DNA of 64,000 bases from IMGVR_UViG_3300023179_005186:1-64000, one strand, 5' to 3'; shown: positions 39,956 through 49,224, numbered from the stretch's first letter. Numbers and translations are program-made. The notes: a model not told the origin generated them from the sequence alone.

Positions 39956-41321
39956 AATCTGTTTCTCTAGGAAAGAAACAATAGCTTGCTCACAATAGGC
40001 GACTGCTTATTTGGTTGTTGTATCACCAAATAAGGAAAACAGTATAAATACAATCTAGTAATAGTATATAATCGTCTAGTGGATAAATTAAATTATTTAT
40101 CTGCAACACTTCCAAATTGCGGGAACATCTAATTTTGCATTTGCAAATAACTATTTTATACTTCCAGAATATTGAAAAATATTTTGTAATCAACGGAGAA
40201 ATTCGTTAAAAAATAATATGCTTAAAAATTAAAATATATAAAAAGATATATGAAAAATGAATATTGGTGAAATTTATAAAATTACTAATTTAATAAATAA
40301 TAAAATATATATTGGTAAAACTAAAAAATATTATAAAAATATTGAATTTGGTTATTTAAAACGTTTTATTAATCACAAAGTATCAGCAAATTCAGAATCT
40401 AAAAAAAATGATTGTCCTAGACTATATAATGCTATAAGAAAATATGGTAATAAAAATTTTAAAGTCGAAATGATTCATGAATGTGAATTAAAAATCATTG
40501 ATGAAAAAGAAATTGAATTTATAAAAAAGTACAATTCAACTGACAGAAATATAGGTTATAATATCGCCCTTGGTGGTGGTGGTCGTAGTGTTGTTAATAT
40601 ATCTGAAGAAATTCGTTATAAAATTTCAAAGAAACAAAATACTGAACATCCAATGAATATTAAACCTTATTTAAAAAACAATGTACTTGTTGGTTATACA
40701 GTTCAACGAAGAGAAAATGGTATGGTTTTTAGAAAATATTTTACAAATTCTAAAAATATTCCAGAAATTAATCTTGAACTTGCAAAAAACTGGTTAAATG
40801 ATATAATAGATAACAAAATCGATAATACAAATATTAACAAATATAATAGAGATAGTAATTTACCAAAAAATATATATCAAATTATTGAAAATGATAAATT
40901 AGTTGGTTATAAAGTAAATATAATGATTGATGGAAAAAAATATACAAAATCATTTCAATCAAATACTACACTAATTGAAGAGCTTTTGCAAAAAGCTATT
41001 AAATATAAAGAAAGCATATTAAACAGTTATAATTAAAATAGTGAACTGGGAAACCAGTATTAGACAATCCGCAGCCAAGTTCCTAAGTATATTTTTAATA
41101 TATATGGAAAAGGTTCAGAGACTAGATGGTAGTGGGTACTTGAATTTTTAATTCTTGTGCTTAAGGTATAGTCCGTGTCTTGGTGACAAGACTTCCAACT
41201 TTTAAGGAGTTGGGGTTTAAATGATTTAAAATAGTTATTTAAGCTAGTAGATATCAACCTAGACCTAAAGGTTAAATTAATTTAAAAACTAATTTAGCCC
41301 ATGGTTGAAGATATCGATTCG
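39956..41321 (+). mobile_element. group I intron 1 of RPB1 (1366 nt)
   Basis: 5' exon ends in U, intron ends in G. Core P AAATTGCGGGAA 40114-40125, Q AATCCGCAGC 41066-41075, R GTTCAGAGACTAGA 41113-41126, S AAGGTATAGTCC 41163-41174. Splicing restores LMG|KRTDFSGR. Confidence 0.93.
40257..41036 (+). CDS. intron-encoded GIY-YIG homing endonuclease
   Basis: GEIYKITNLINNKIYIGKT, KRFINH, LYNAIRKYG, E.EFIKKYNS..GYN; AP2-like C-terminal DNA-binding units. Confidence 0.9.
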   Translation: MNIGEIYKITNLINNKIYIGKTKKYYKNIEFGYLKRFINHKVSANSESKKNDCPRLYNAIRKYGNKNFKVEMIHECELKIIDEKEIEFIKKYNSTDRNIGYNIALGGGGRSVVNISEEIRYKISKKQNTEHPMNIKPYLKNNVLVGYTVQRRENGMVFRKYFTNSKNIPEINLELAKNWLNDIIDNKIDNTNINKYNRDSNLPKNIYQIIENDKLVGYKVNIMIDGKKYTKSFQSNTTLIEELLQKAIKYKESILNSYN

Positions 41322-41747
41322 AAGAGAACAGATTTTTCGGGGCGTACAGTAATTACGCCTGATCCAAACTTATCTATTAATGAACTTGGAATGCCAATAA
41401 CAATTGCTATGAATATAACATTTCCAGAAATAGTAACTCCTCATAATAAGGATTATTTGGAAAAATTAGTTAGAAATGGTCGTGAAGTTTATCCAGGAGC
41501 TAATTTTATTATTCCTGCAACTTTAAGTGATTCGGATTCCAAGTCAATTATTGATTTAAGATTTAGAAAAAATAAAATTGAATTAAGATATGGTGACATT
41601 GTAGAAAGACATACAAAAAATAATGATATTGTTTTACTCAATCGTCAACCAACTTTACATAAACAAAGTATGATGGGACATAGAGTTAAGGTTATTAATA
41701 ATCCTAACTATTGTACGTTTAGAATTAATCCTAACGTAACAACTCCT
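41322..41747 (+). CDS. RPB1: RPB1 exon 2 (142 codons)
   Basis: [15 protein letters not shown] ... [14 protein letters not shown] ... [10 protein letters not shown]. Confidence 0.95.
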
Positions 41748-43072
41748 TAATGTCAGGGAGTAAAAGCATGAGAAAAACCTTATGCTAGTTTGCTAACAAT
41801 TTATATTAATTGTTATACAAGCGAAATAGTGATATGCGGGAAAGTCCTAAAGTTTTAGATACTAAGTTGAATAAAGAAATTTGTTTGATGGCTTTGGTGA
41901 AAAATCAAGGGTATAGTAAAAATTCTAAAAATAATTAAAGTATTTTAAAAATTATTTAATATAGATATAATAGCTATGGATGAAAGTCAAGATACTGGAG
42001 TTATATATTGTATTGAAAATATAATCACACATAAAAAATATATTGGTCAAGCAAAATCTTATATATTAAAAAAAGGTAAAATTGTTAAACACGGTTTATC
42101 AGGTAGGTTTAAAACACATTTAAAAAGTGCTTTTTCTGGTAAAAATAGTTGTCCTAAATTATACAATTCAATTGTAAAGTATGGATATAAAAGTTTTTCC
42201 ATATCTTTATTAGAAATTTGTTATTTAGAATTTTTAAATGAAAAAGAAACTTTTTACATAAAAAAATTTAATACTGTAGAAGATGGTTATAATATATTAT
42301 ATAGTAATTCAACAATTCATAAAAACTTTGATAGTAGAAAAAATGTTATTGAAAAAATATCAAATACTATGAAAGATAAATGGTCTAATGATGAACAATA
42401 TATAAATAAAACTACTAAAAATAATCTTAAAGCAGTTATTGAAAGAACCAAAAGAGGAACTAGAATTATAAACAAAGAATTACCAAATAATATATATAAA
42501 ACAAAAAATGGTTTTGATATAAGAATAATGAGAAATGGTGTATATAAAATTACATCAGTTGAAAGTAAAATTTTAACTCATGAAGAACTTATTTTAAAAG
42601 CAATTGAGAAAAGAGACAAAATATTTGAACAAATTAAAAATAATGATGTGATTAATTTTCAAAAAAAATATGACCACAATGGTAATGATTTACCAATTGG
42701 TATTCATCTTAAAAAAGCAAGAAATCAAGATGCATATGGAGTAAAAATTATTATTGATGGTAAAATTTATGAAAAATGTGTATCTGATAAAAAACTTTCA
42801 ATGGATGAAAAATTAATAAAAGCTAAAATATTATTAAATGAATTAAAAATACTTTATAAAATGGAAAATCCGCAGGTTCAAGTCTAAATTCGTTATGATA
42901 GAATATGACAAGGACCTCAGAGACTACGTTGCTATTGGTCAATAATGATAGTTTAATCAACTGGAATTGGCTTAAGGTATAGTCCACTCCCACAGGAAAC
43001 TGTGTATACAAGTAGAATTGTATAAGATTGTGATAACAAGAGGAAATGCTTGTTTGAATCTGGTATTTAAGG
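41748..43072 (+). mobile_element. group I intron 2 of RPB1 (1325 nt)
   Basis: P1: exon ACUCCU pairs with GGGAGU (41756-41761) with a U-G wobble at the splice site. P TGCGGGAA 41835, Q AATCCGCAGG 42867, R CTCAGAGACTAC 42916, S AAGGTATAGTCC 42974; terminal G43072. Confidence 0.93.
41976..42887 (+). CDS. intron-encoded GIY-YIG homing endonuclease
   Basis: GVIYCIENIITHKKYIGQA, GRFKTH, LYNSIVKYG, E.FYIKKFNT..GYN; repeated LP.NIY/LPIGIH AP2-like units. Confidence 0.9.
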   Translation: MDESQDTGVIYCIENIITHKKYIGQAKSYILKKGKIVKHGLSGRFKTHLKSAFSGKNSCPKLYNSIVKYGYKSFSISLLEICYLEFLNEKETFYIKKFNTVEDGYNILYSNSTIHKNFDSRKNVIEKISNTMKDKWSNDEQYINKTTKNNLKAVIERTKRGTRIINKELPNNIYKTKNGFDIRIMRNGVYKITSVESKILTHEELILKAIEKRDKIFEQIKNNDVINFQKKYDHNGNDLPIGIHLKKARNQDAYGVKIIIDGKIYEKCVSDKKLSMDEKLIKAKILLNELKILYKMENPQVQV

Positions 43073-43096
43073 TACAACGCAGATTTTGACGGTGAT
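43073..43096 (+). CDS. RPB1: RPB1 exon 3: 24-nt micro-exon encoding YNADFDGD (catalytic Mg2+-binding motif)
   Basis: TAC AAC GCA GAT TTT GAC GGT GAT between omega-G43072 and intron 3; joins TTP|YNADFDGD|EMN in frame. Confidence 0.95.
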
Positions 43097-43598
43097 AGAT
43101 CATTTTGTCACCAACAGCAAGCTGCCAATTAAGTTACTATTCATACTTAATTGGGTAAACAGTGTAAGAATAGTCTAGATATAACTTGCTAGTCTTGTTT
43201 TAAATAAGGCAAGATTACCAATTTGTTCGGGAACCCCTTAAAGCACTACATACTAAACATAATTTGAAAAAATTATGTGGTTTTGCGCAATGGCAAAAAT
43301 TTTTCATAGCAGAATATAATAAACTTTTAAATATACTTAAAAAAAGCTATGAAATAAGTAAAAATTGTAGTGATATTCCTAAAGGATAATAGGAAACCCG
43401 CAGCCGGTCATCTAAGTTCGTTTGATAGAATATGATGATGGTTCAGAGACTTGATGGTAGTCGGTCGGTAATGAAGGTCTAATCAACCTGAACTGGCTTA
43501 AGATAAAGTCCAATTGTCTTCCGAAAGGAAGAATGAAAGATATTTTAAAAATATAAACCTAAGTCAATAAAATGATATGGTTTATGGATATCTTCATG
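43097..43598 (+). mobile_element. group I intron 3 of RPB1 (502 nt, no ORF)
   Basis: P1: exon GGUGAU pairs with GUCACC (43107-43112) with a U-G wobble. P10: UCAUUUU (43100-43106) pairs with exon 4 GAAAUGA. P 43226, Q AACCCGCAGC 43395, R GTTCAGAGACTTGA 43441, S AAGATAAAGTCC 43500; terminal G43598. Confidence 0.93.
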
Positions 43599-46500
43599 GA
43601 AATGAACATTTTTGCACCTCAGAGTATTGAAACCCAATATGAATTAGAGGAAATTGCAGATTTAAAATTACAAATAATTACACCTCAATCTTCTTCACCA
43701 ATTATAGCGATGAAGCAAGATCAATTATTAGGTGCATATAATTTAACTTCTGAATATTATAAATTAGATTGGAGAACTACTATGAATTTATTAGCGTCCA
43801 CTCAAATGGAATCACTTGATAATGTTCCTAAAAACAAAGATTATGCTGGAAAAGAAATTTTCTCTTATTTAATTCCTAAAAAAATTAATCTTATGAAGGG
43901 TGATCCTACTAAACCAACTATTTTAGTTAAAAATGGTATTATGGAATCAGGTATTTTAGGGGATGATTCGCTAGGTGTAAAAAAATCACCTAGTTTAGTA
44001 CAATTAGTCTGGGATGAATATGGTGTTGAGAAAACAAAAACTTTTTTGGATAATACTACCAAATTAGCAAATAACTTTAATTTATTTCACGGTATGACTG
44101 TTGGTATTAAAGATCTTTATATCAGTAATGAACTTGATAATAAAATGCAACAGACTTTTGATACTAAAAAATTAGAAATTCAACATGAAATTACTGAAAT
44201 TGAAAATAATCCAGATATGATGGATGGTGATCTTTTTGAAATGTCCGTTAATCAAAAATTATCAGTTATTCGTGATGATGTATCCAAAGTTATTATGGCT
44301 AGTATGACTAAAGAAAATAATTTTAGGATTATGATTGAATCTGGATCAAAAGGTAAACCAATTAATATCACTCAAATGGCTGGATTAGTTGGTCAACAAG
44401 ATTATCATGGTGGACGCATATTGAAAAACTTTAATAATAGATCTTTACCTTATTTTTTTCAAAATGATGATCGTGCCGAATCAAGAGGTTTTATTGAAAG
44501 ACCTTTTATGCATGGATTAAATATCTCAGAATTTATTTTTCATCATCTATCTTCTAGAGAAGGTCTAATTGATCAAACTGTGCGATCTGTTACTCCTGAT
44601 ACTAGAATTACTATTATTGAAAATTCGATTCCCAAAACTGTTGAAATAGGTCCTTGGATTGATTCGATAATTAAAATAAAATCTGATCAAGTCGAACACG
44701 ATGTTAACGAATTTGAATTAGTTAATGTAACTGGTATTACAATCCCAACTGTTGACTCTGTTGGAAAAGTTACTTGGGCTAATGTAACTGCAGTTACTAG
44801 ACATGCTAAAGGAAATCAATTGTTTGAAATCGTAACTAGAGGTGGTAGAAAAGTTAAAGTTCCTGAATCTAAATCACTTTTGATCTGGAATAATGAGACT
44901 AAACAATTTGAAGATAAACTTACTCCAGATGTTAAAGTCGGAGATTTCGTTCCTGTTACAATGAATTTACCTCAACCTCCTATTATAAATAATCATATTG
45001 ATATGACAGAATTTAAAATACAGGAAGAGAAAGATTCGTTATTACCAGATAAATTTATATTAAATAAATTAAATGGTCAATTCATTGGATTATTCTTAGC
45101 TGATGGTAATGTTAATTATGAAAATGGCTATATACATTTAAATAATTGTAATGAAAATGTGTTAAACTTTATTAAAAAGTACTTTGACGGTCTAGATATT
45201 AGTTATAATGAGAATAAAAAAATATTAGAAATAGAAACTATTACTGATATTAGTGGTTATTCTAGAATTTTATGCAAGTTCCTATATGCTACTTGTGGTA
45301 ATGATGCTTATGAAAAACATGTTCCTGATTTTGCATTCAATGCTCCTGAAGAGTTTGTTATTGGACTAATTGATGGATATATATCTAGAAATGCTTGTGT
45401 AACCGAATCCTCTATTACTACCTTATCTTGTTCATTAAAGTTAATTGATGGAATTAATATGTTATTAAATAGAATTGGTGTATTTTCTAAAATTAGTACT
45501 CATAAATATGATAACAAAAACAATGATATTAAAGCCAATTATAATATTATTGAAATTGGTATTAGAGCACAATGGGTGCGCAAATTTAAATCTAAAATGA
45601 TATCTCTAATTAACTTTAATAAAAATGATAAATTTTATAAAATAGAAAGTTCAACAATTACTCATACAAATTACATAGAACAAGAAGATGTTGTACTTGA
45701 TCAAATTGTTGAAATTAATCAACTTAATCCTGAAAATTATCCTAAACTATATGATTTAACTGTTCCTGGAACTTTTAACTTTATAATAAGTAATGGAATG
45801 GGTTGTCGAGATACTGCAGATAGTGGTTATATTCAAAGAAAGCTAATCAAATCAACTGAAGATTTCATGGTAAATTATGATGGTACAGTTAGAAATGCTG
45901 TAGGTAGAATTCAACAATTCGTGTATGGTGAATCAGGTGCAGACACAGTTAAACAATATGAATATAAATTTCAAATAATGGAACTTTCAAATTCAGAAAT
46001 TGCTAACAAATTTAAATTTACTAAAGAAGAACTTACTAAAGTCAAAAATTTTACTGAATCTGATAATAATAAATTTTATCAAAATATATTAAAATGTCGT
46101 GATCATTTAAGGTTTACTCAAATGAAATCAACTGTTGAATATAAAATTCTTAATATAAAATACATGTTACCAGTTAATATATATCGTATTATAAATAATA
46201 TTAGAAATGATCCTGATAAAAAAGGTAATGTAAATTATGATTGTGAATATATTCTAAACTTAATTGATAGAATTTTAGAAAGTAAAAATACCAAGTTATA
46301 TTGCATGACTGAAGAAGAAATGAAAGATGAATCTTCTATTAAATATAAAGATGATCAAATGGCAAAGACAGCCTTAAAATATGCTTTATTAGAATCACTT
46401 GCTCCAAAAAAATGTATTTATACTTATAAATTTACAAAGGAACAGTTAGAAGATGTAGCTACTGATATTATTTCAAGTTTTAACTCAAGTATTGTTGAAC

Positions 46501-48464
46501 CAGGCGAAATGGTTGGAATTATTGCTGCACAAAGTTTAGGTGAACCAGTTACACAGCTTATGTTAAATAGCCTTGACTGGACTGAAGAAATACTTATTCA
46601 TGATTCAAAATCAAATCAGGATACAGTTTTACCTATTGGTCAATTTATTGACAACTTAATTGATAATAATAAAGGTCAGGTAACTAATCCTATTGATAAC
46701 TTGGAAGCTGAAATGAAAAATATTTATTATCTAGATACAAATGATTGTAATTATCAAATCAAGTCAGTTGATGAAAATGGTAAAGTATCATGGAAAAAAA
46801 TAGAAGCAGTTACAAAACATTTACCTATTAATAAAGATGGTACTAATACTTTAATTAGGGTAACAACTAGAACTGGTAAATCTGTTATTGCTACTAAAGG
46901 AAAATCATTCTTAACACAAAAAAATAATAAGATTGTTCCTATTAGGGGTGATGAATTAGAAATTAAAACTTGTTTACCTATAATGAATAAATGTTTAAAT
47001 TTAGATGGTATTACCTATGAATATTATAAACATAATATTCATAATATACAAGAATTTGGTGATGTGTTTATGGATGAAATTATATCAATTGAAGATATTC
47101 AACCAACAAACACTTATGTTTATGATTTTACTGTTCAAGATACTAAAACATTTATTATTTCAAATGGTTTATGTTGTATGGATAGCTTTCACTCGTCAGG
47201 AGTAGGTGGTAAAGGTAGTAAAAGTATTGGTGTTGATCGAATCAAAGAAGTTTTTAGTTTATCAAAAAATCCAAAAGAACCAATAATGATGATTTATTTG
47301 AATAAAGAACATAGAGAAAAGAAAGATTTTGCGAATAAAATAGCTTCTCACATTAAATTTACCACCATTAAAGACTTGAGGACTAAAATTGAAATATATT
47401 ATGATCCTAAACCTTATAGTAAAAATGGATTTATGGAAAAAGATAACATTAATACTATATTCTATACTTATCAACAATCTAAACAATGTTGTGCTAATAC
47501 TATTGATGGATTACCTTGGTTAATGAGAATTGAATTTGATAGAGAAAAATTACTTTCTAAAGAAGTTTCTCTTTTAGATATTAAATCTCAATTCTGTTTT
47601 AGTTGGGAAAAACGTTATCAAGATATTAAAAGTGTTAAACGAGAAAAACGTGTTATTTTAGAAAAAATTTCACAATTAGCTGTATTATCTAACACTGATA
47701 ATGATGATATACCAACAGTGCATTTAAGATTCGATATGACTAACTTTAATTCATCTACATTAATTGACTTTATGGATATGTTTGTTGATGACTTTAAACT
47801 TAAAGGTATGTCGAATATTGATGATATTAGAGGTGGTGGTAAAGCAATTGAAGAACGTTATATTAGTTTTGATAATCCTGAAAATTCTTTTGAAAAGAAA
47901 AATGAATATGTCGTTTATACTAATGGAATTAACATGTATGATATTCGAAATATTATAGGTATTGATTTAACTAGAACTTATTGTAATGATATTATTACCA
48001 CTTATGAAATATTTGGTATTGAAGCTGCACGTAATCTTATTATACGTGAAATTATTAATGTATTATCTTCCAATGGTTCTGGTACTAACTATCAACACAT
48101 TGGTATGTTTGGTGATTTAATGACTAATCAGGGAACTTTAACATCAATAGATAGACATGGTTTAAATAAATTAGATACTGATCCATTCTCTAGAGCATCA
48201 TTTGAAAAAACTGTTGATCAATTAATTACTGCTGCAGTATTTAATGAAGTTGATCATATGAAATCAGTTTCTTCTAGAATTATGGCTGGTCTTTGTATTA
48301 AAGGTGGTACTGGTTTATGTGATCTAATTTTAGATAAAGATTTGTTAGAAAATTCAGAATACACTATAGATATTGGACAATTATACAATAAAACTTATCA
48401 AGATATTACTGTTCAACAAAAACAACAAGAAATAGATATTGAAGTATTTATTCCTGATTTATAA
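43599..48464 (+). CDS. RPB1: RPB1 exon 4, containing two inteins
   Basis: EMNIFAPQ, SGSKG, REGLID, GYIQRK, GIIAAQSLGEP, FGIEAAR, ASFE. Removing all introns and inteins gives about 1502 aa. Confidence 0.96.
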   Translation, partial: EMNIFAPQSIETQYELEEIADLKLQIITPQSSSPIIAMKQDQLLGAYNLTSEYYKLDWRTTMNLLASTQMESLDNVPKNKDYAGKEIFSYLIPKKINLMKGDPTKPTILVKNGIMESGILGDDSLGVKKSPSLVQLVWDEYGVEKTKTFLDNTTKLANNFNLFHGMTVGIKDLYISNELDNKMQQTFDTKKLEIQHEITEIENNPDMMDGDLFEMSVNQKLSVIRDDVSKVIMASMTKENNFRIMIESGSKGKPINITQMAGLVGQQDYHGGRILKNFNNRSLPYFFQNDDRAESRGFIERPFMHGLNISEFIFHHLSSREGLIDQTVRSVTPDTRITIIENSIPKTVEIGPWIDSIIKIKSDQVEHDVNEFELVNVTGITIPTVDSVGKVTWANVTAVTRHAKGNQLFEIVTRGGRKVKVPESKSLLIWNNETKQFEDKLTPDVKVGDFVPVTMNLPQPPIINNHIDMTEFKIQEEKDSLLPDKFILNKLNGQFIGLFLADGNVNYENGYIHLNNCNENVLNFIKKYFDGLDISYNENKKILEIETITDISGYSRILCKFLYATCGNDAYEKHVPDFAFNAPEEFVIGLIDGYISRNACVTESSITTLSCSLKLIDGINMLLNRIGVFSKISTHKYDNKNNDIKANYNIIEIGIRAQWVRKFKSKMISLINFNKNDKFYKIESSTITHTNYIEQEDVVLDQIVEINQLNPENYPKLYDLTVPGTFNFIISNGMGCRDTADSGYIQRKLIKSTEDFMVNYDGTVRNAVGRIQQFVYGESGADTVKQYEYKFQIMELSNSEIANKFKFTKEELTKVKNFTESDNNKFYQNILKCRDHLRFTQMKSTVEYKILNIKYMLPVNIYRIINNIRNDPDKKGNVNYDCEYILNLIDRILESKNTKLYCMTEEEMKDESSIKYKDDQMAKTALKYALLESLAPKKCIYTYKFTKEQLEDVATDIISSFNSSIVEPGEMVGIIAAQSLGEPVTQLMLNSLDWTEEILIHDSKSNQDTVLPIGQFIDNLIDNNKGQVTNPIDNLEAEMKNIYYLDTNDCNYQIKSVDENGKVSWKKIEAVTKHLPINKDGTNTLIRVTTRTGKSVIATKGKSFLTQKNNKIVPIRGDELEIKTCLPIMNKCLNLDGITYEYYKHNIHNIQEFGDVFMDEIISIEDIQPTNTYVYDFTVQDTKTFIISNGLCCMDSFHSSGVGGKGSKSIGVDRIKEVFSLSKNPKEPIMMIYLNKEHREKKDFANKIASHIKFTTIKDLRTKIEIYYDPKPYSKNGFMEKDNINTIFYTYQQSKQCCANTIDGLPWLMRIEFDREKLLSKEVSLLDIKSQFCFSWEKRYQDIKSVKREKRVILEKISQLAVLSNTDNDDIPTVHLRFDMTNFNSSTLIDFMDMFVDDFKLKGMSNIDDIRGGGKAIEERYISFDNPENSFEKKNEYVVYTNGINMYDIRNIIGIDLTRTYCNDIITTYEIFGIEAARNLIIREIINVLSSNGSGTNYQHIGMFGDLMTNQGTLTSIDRHGLNKLDTDPFSRASFEKTVDQLITAAVFNEVDHMKSVSSRIMAGLCIKGGTGLCDLILDKDLLENSEYTIDIGQLYNKTYQDITVQQKQQEIDIEVFIPDL
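44586..45812 (+). mobile_element. RPB1 intein A (409 aa; Ser1...Asp C-terminus, +1 Thr) with LAGLIDADG-type domain
   Basis: LIDQTVR|SVTPDT ... FIGLFLADG ... IGLIDGY ... YDLTVPGTFNFIISNGMGCRD|TADSGY; removal restores the bridge-helix sequence. Confidence 0.9.
46569..47183 (+). mobile_element. RPB1 intein B (205-aa mini-intein; Ser1...Asp C-terminus, +1 Ser)
   Basis: GEPVTQLMLN|SLDWTE ... YVYDFTVQDTKTFIISNGLCCMD|SFHSSG; removal restores the trigger-loop sequence. Confidence 0.9.
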
Positions 48465-48516
48465 TTTTAAAAAATTTATTTATTATTAAAAAATTTATTT
48501 ATTATTAAAAAAATAT

Positions 48517-49224
48517 TTAGTAATTTTTCATTCTTACAAGTTTATCAACGTTAAACCTATTAAAATTTTCAAGCTTTTCATCTTCAGTTAAATCTAAACT
48601 AAGTTTATTTTTATACTTGATAAATCTTGAATCTTTTTTATTATTTATGATTGCACAATCATAATTTTCCTTTATATTTTTTAACTTTATAAAATTTTTA
48701 CCTCTTGTAATTAATATTTTATCTATTTTTTCTATATCTTCATTCGATAGTTTAGGTCCCATAGTTATTATTGAAAAATTATGTTCAGGTGGTAAATAAC
48801 AATCAATTATTGGTAATCTGAATAAATATTTCTCAGGATTTGAACCTCTTGATTTTATTTCTAAATCAGGACCAGCTCCCACTAAATCACCATAATATCC
48901 TTCAAATTGTCCTTCAGGAGGATTCCACAATCCTTTAAATCTATTCAAATAATAATAATTATACAGATTAAATGCATTAAAACATAATGGTCCTATTGGA
49001 TCTTCATCTATAATCATTCCAGTATATGGATCCCATCTATAATTATATTCAAATAATAAATTACTTGGTATTTCTTGATCAGTTAATGGATCTATTTTAA
49101 ACTGTCTTTTAATTCTATATATTTCGGTAGTTGTTTTATCATATTTTTTTAAATTTGTTAAATTATTCTTATTTATAACATGATTTCCTTTTAAATCGTC
49201 AAAATCTATATAGTTAAAATCCAT
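48517..49224 (-). CDS. conserved Mimiviridae hypothetical protein
   Basis: WDPYTG....DPIGPLCF...YYGDLVG.G...RG..PE.YLFRLP..DCYL. Confidence 0.8.
   Translation of the reverse strand: MDFNYIDFDDLKGNHVINKNNLTNLKKYDKTTTEIYRIKRQFKIDPLTDQEIPSNLLFEYNYRWDPYTGMIIDEDPIGPLCFNAFNLYNYYYLNRFKGLWNPPEGQFEGYYGDLVGAGPDLEIKSRGSNPEKYLFRLPIIDCYLPPEHNFSIITMGPKLSNEDIEKIDKILITRGKNFIKLKNIKENYDCAIINNKKDSRFIKYKNKLSLDLTEDEKLENFNRFNVDKLVRMKNY

Noticed and set aside
39956-43598. RPB1 as a frameshifted or fragmented pseudogene
   Set aside because: All three gaps have group I P/Q/R/S cores, U/G splice boundaries and in-frame joins that restore conserved motifs
43572-43598. ORF-track start MIWFMDIFM for the large RPB1 ORF (and MVEDIDS at 41301)
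   Set aside because: These codons lie in the 3' ends of introns 3 and 1; the true exons begin at 43599 and 41322
48300-48464. RPB1 C-terminal heptad repeat domain
   Set aside because: The protein ends IDIEVFIPDL with no YSPTSPS repeats, as expected for viral RPB1 and supporting a viral rather than cellular origin
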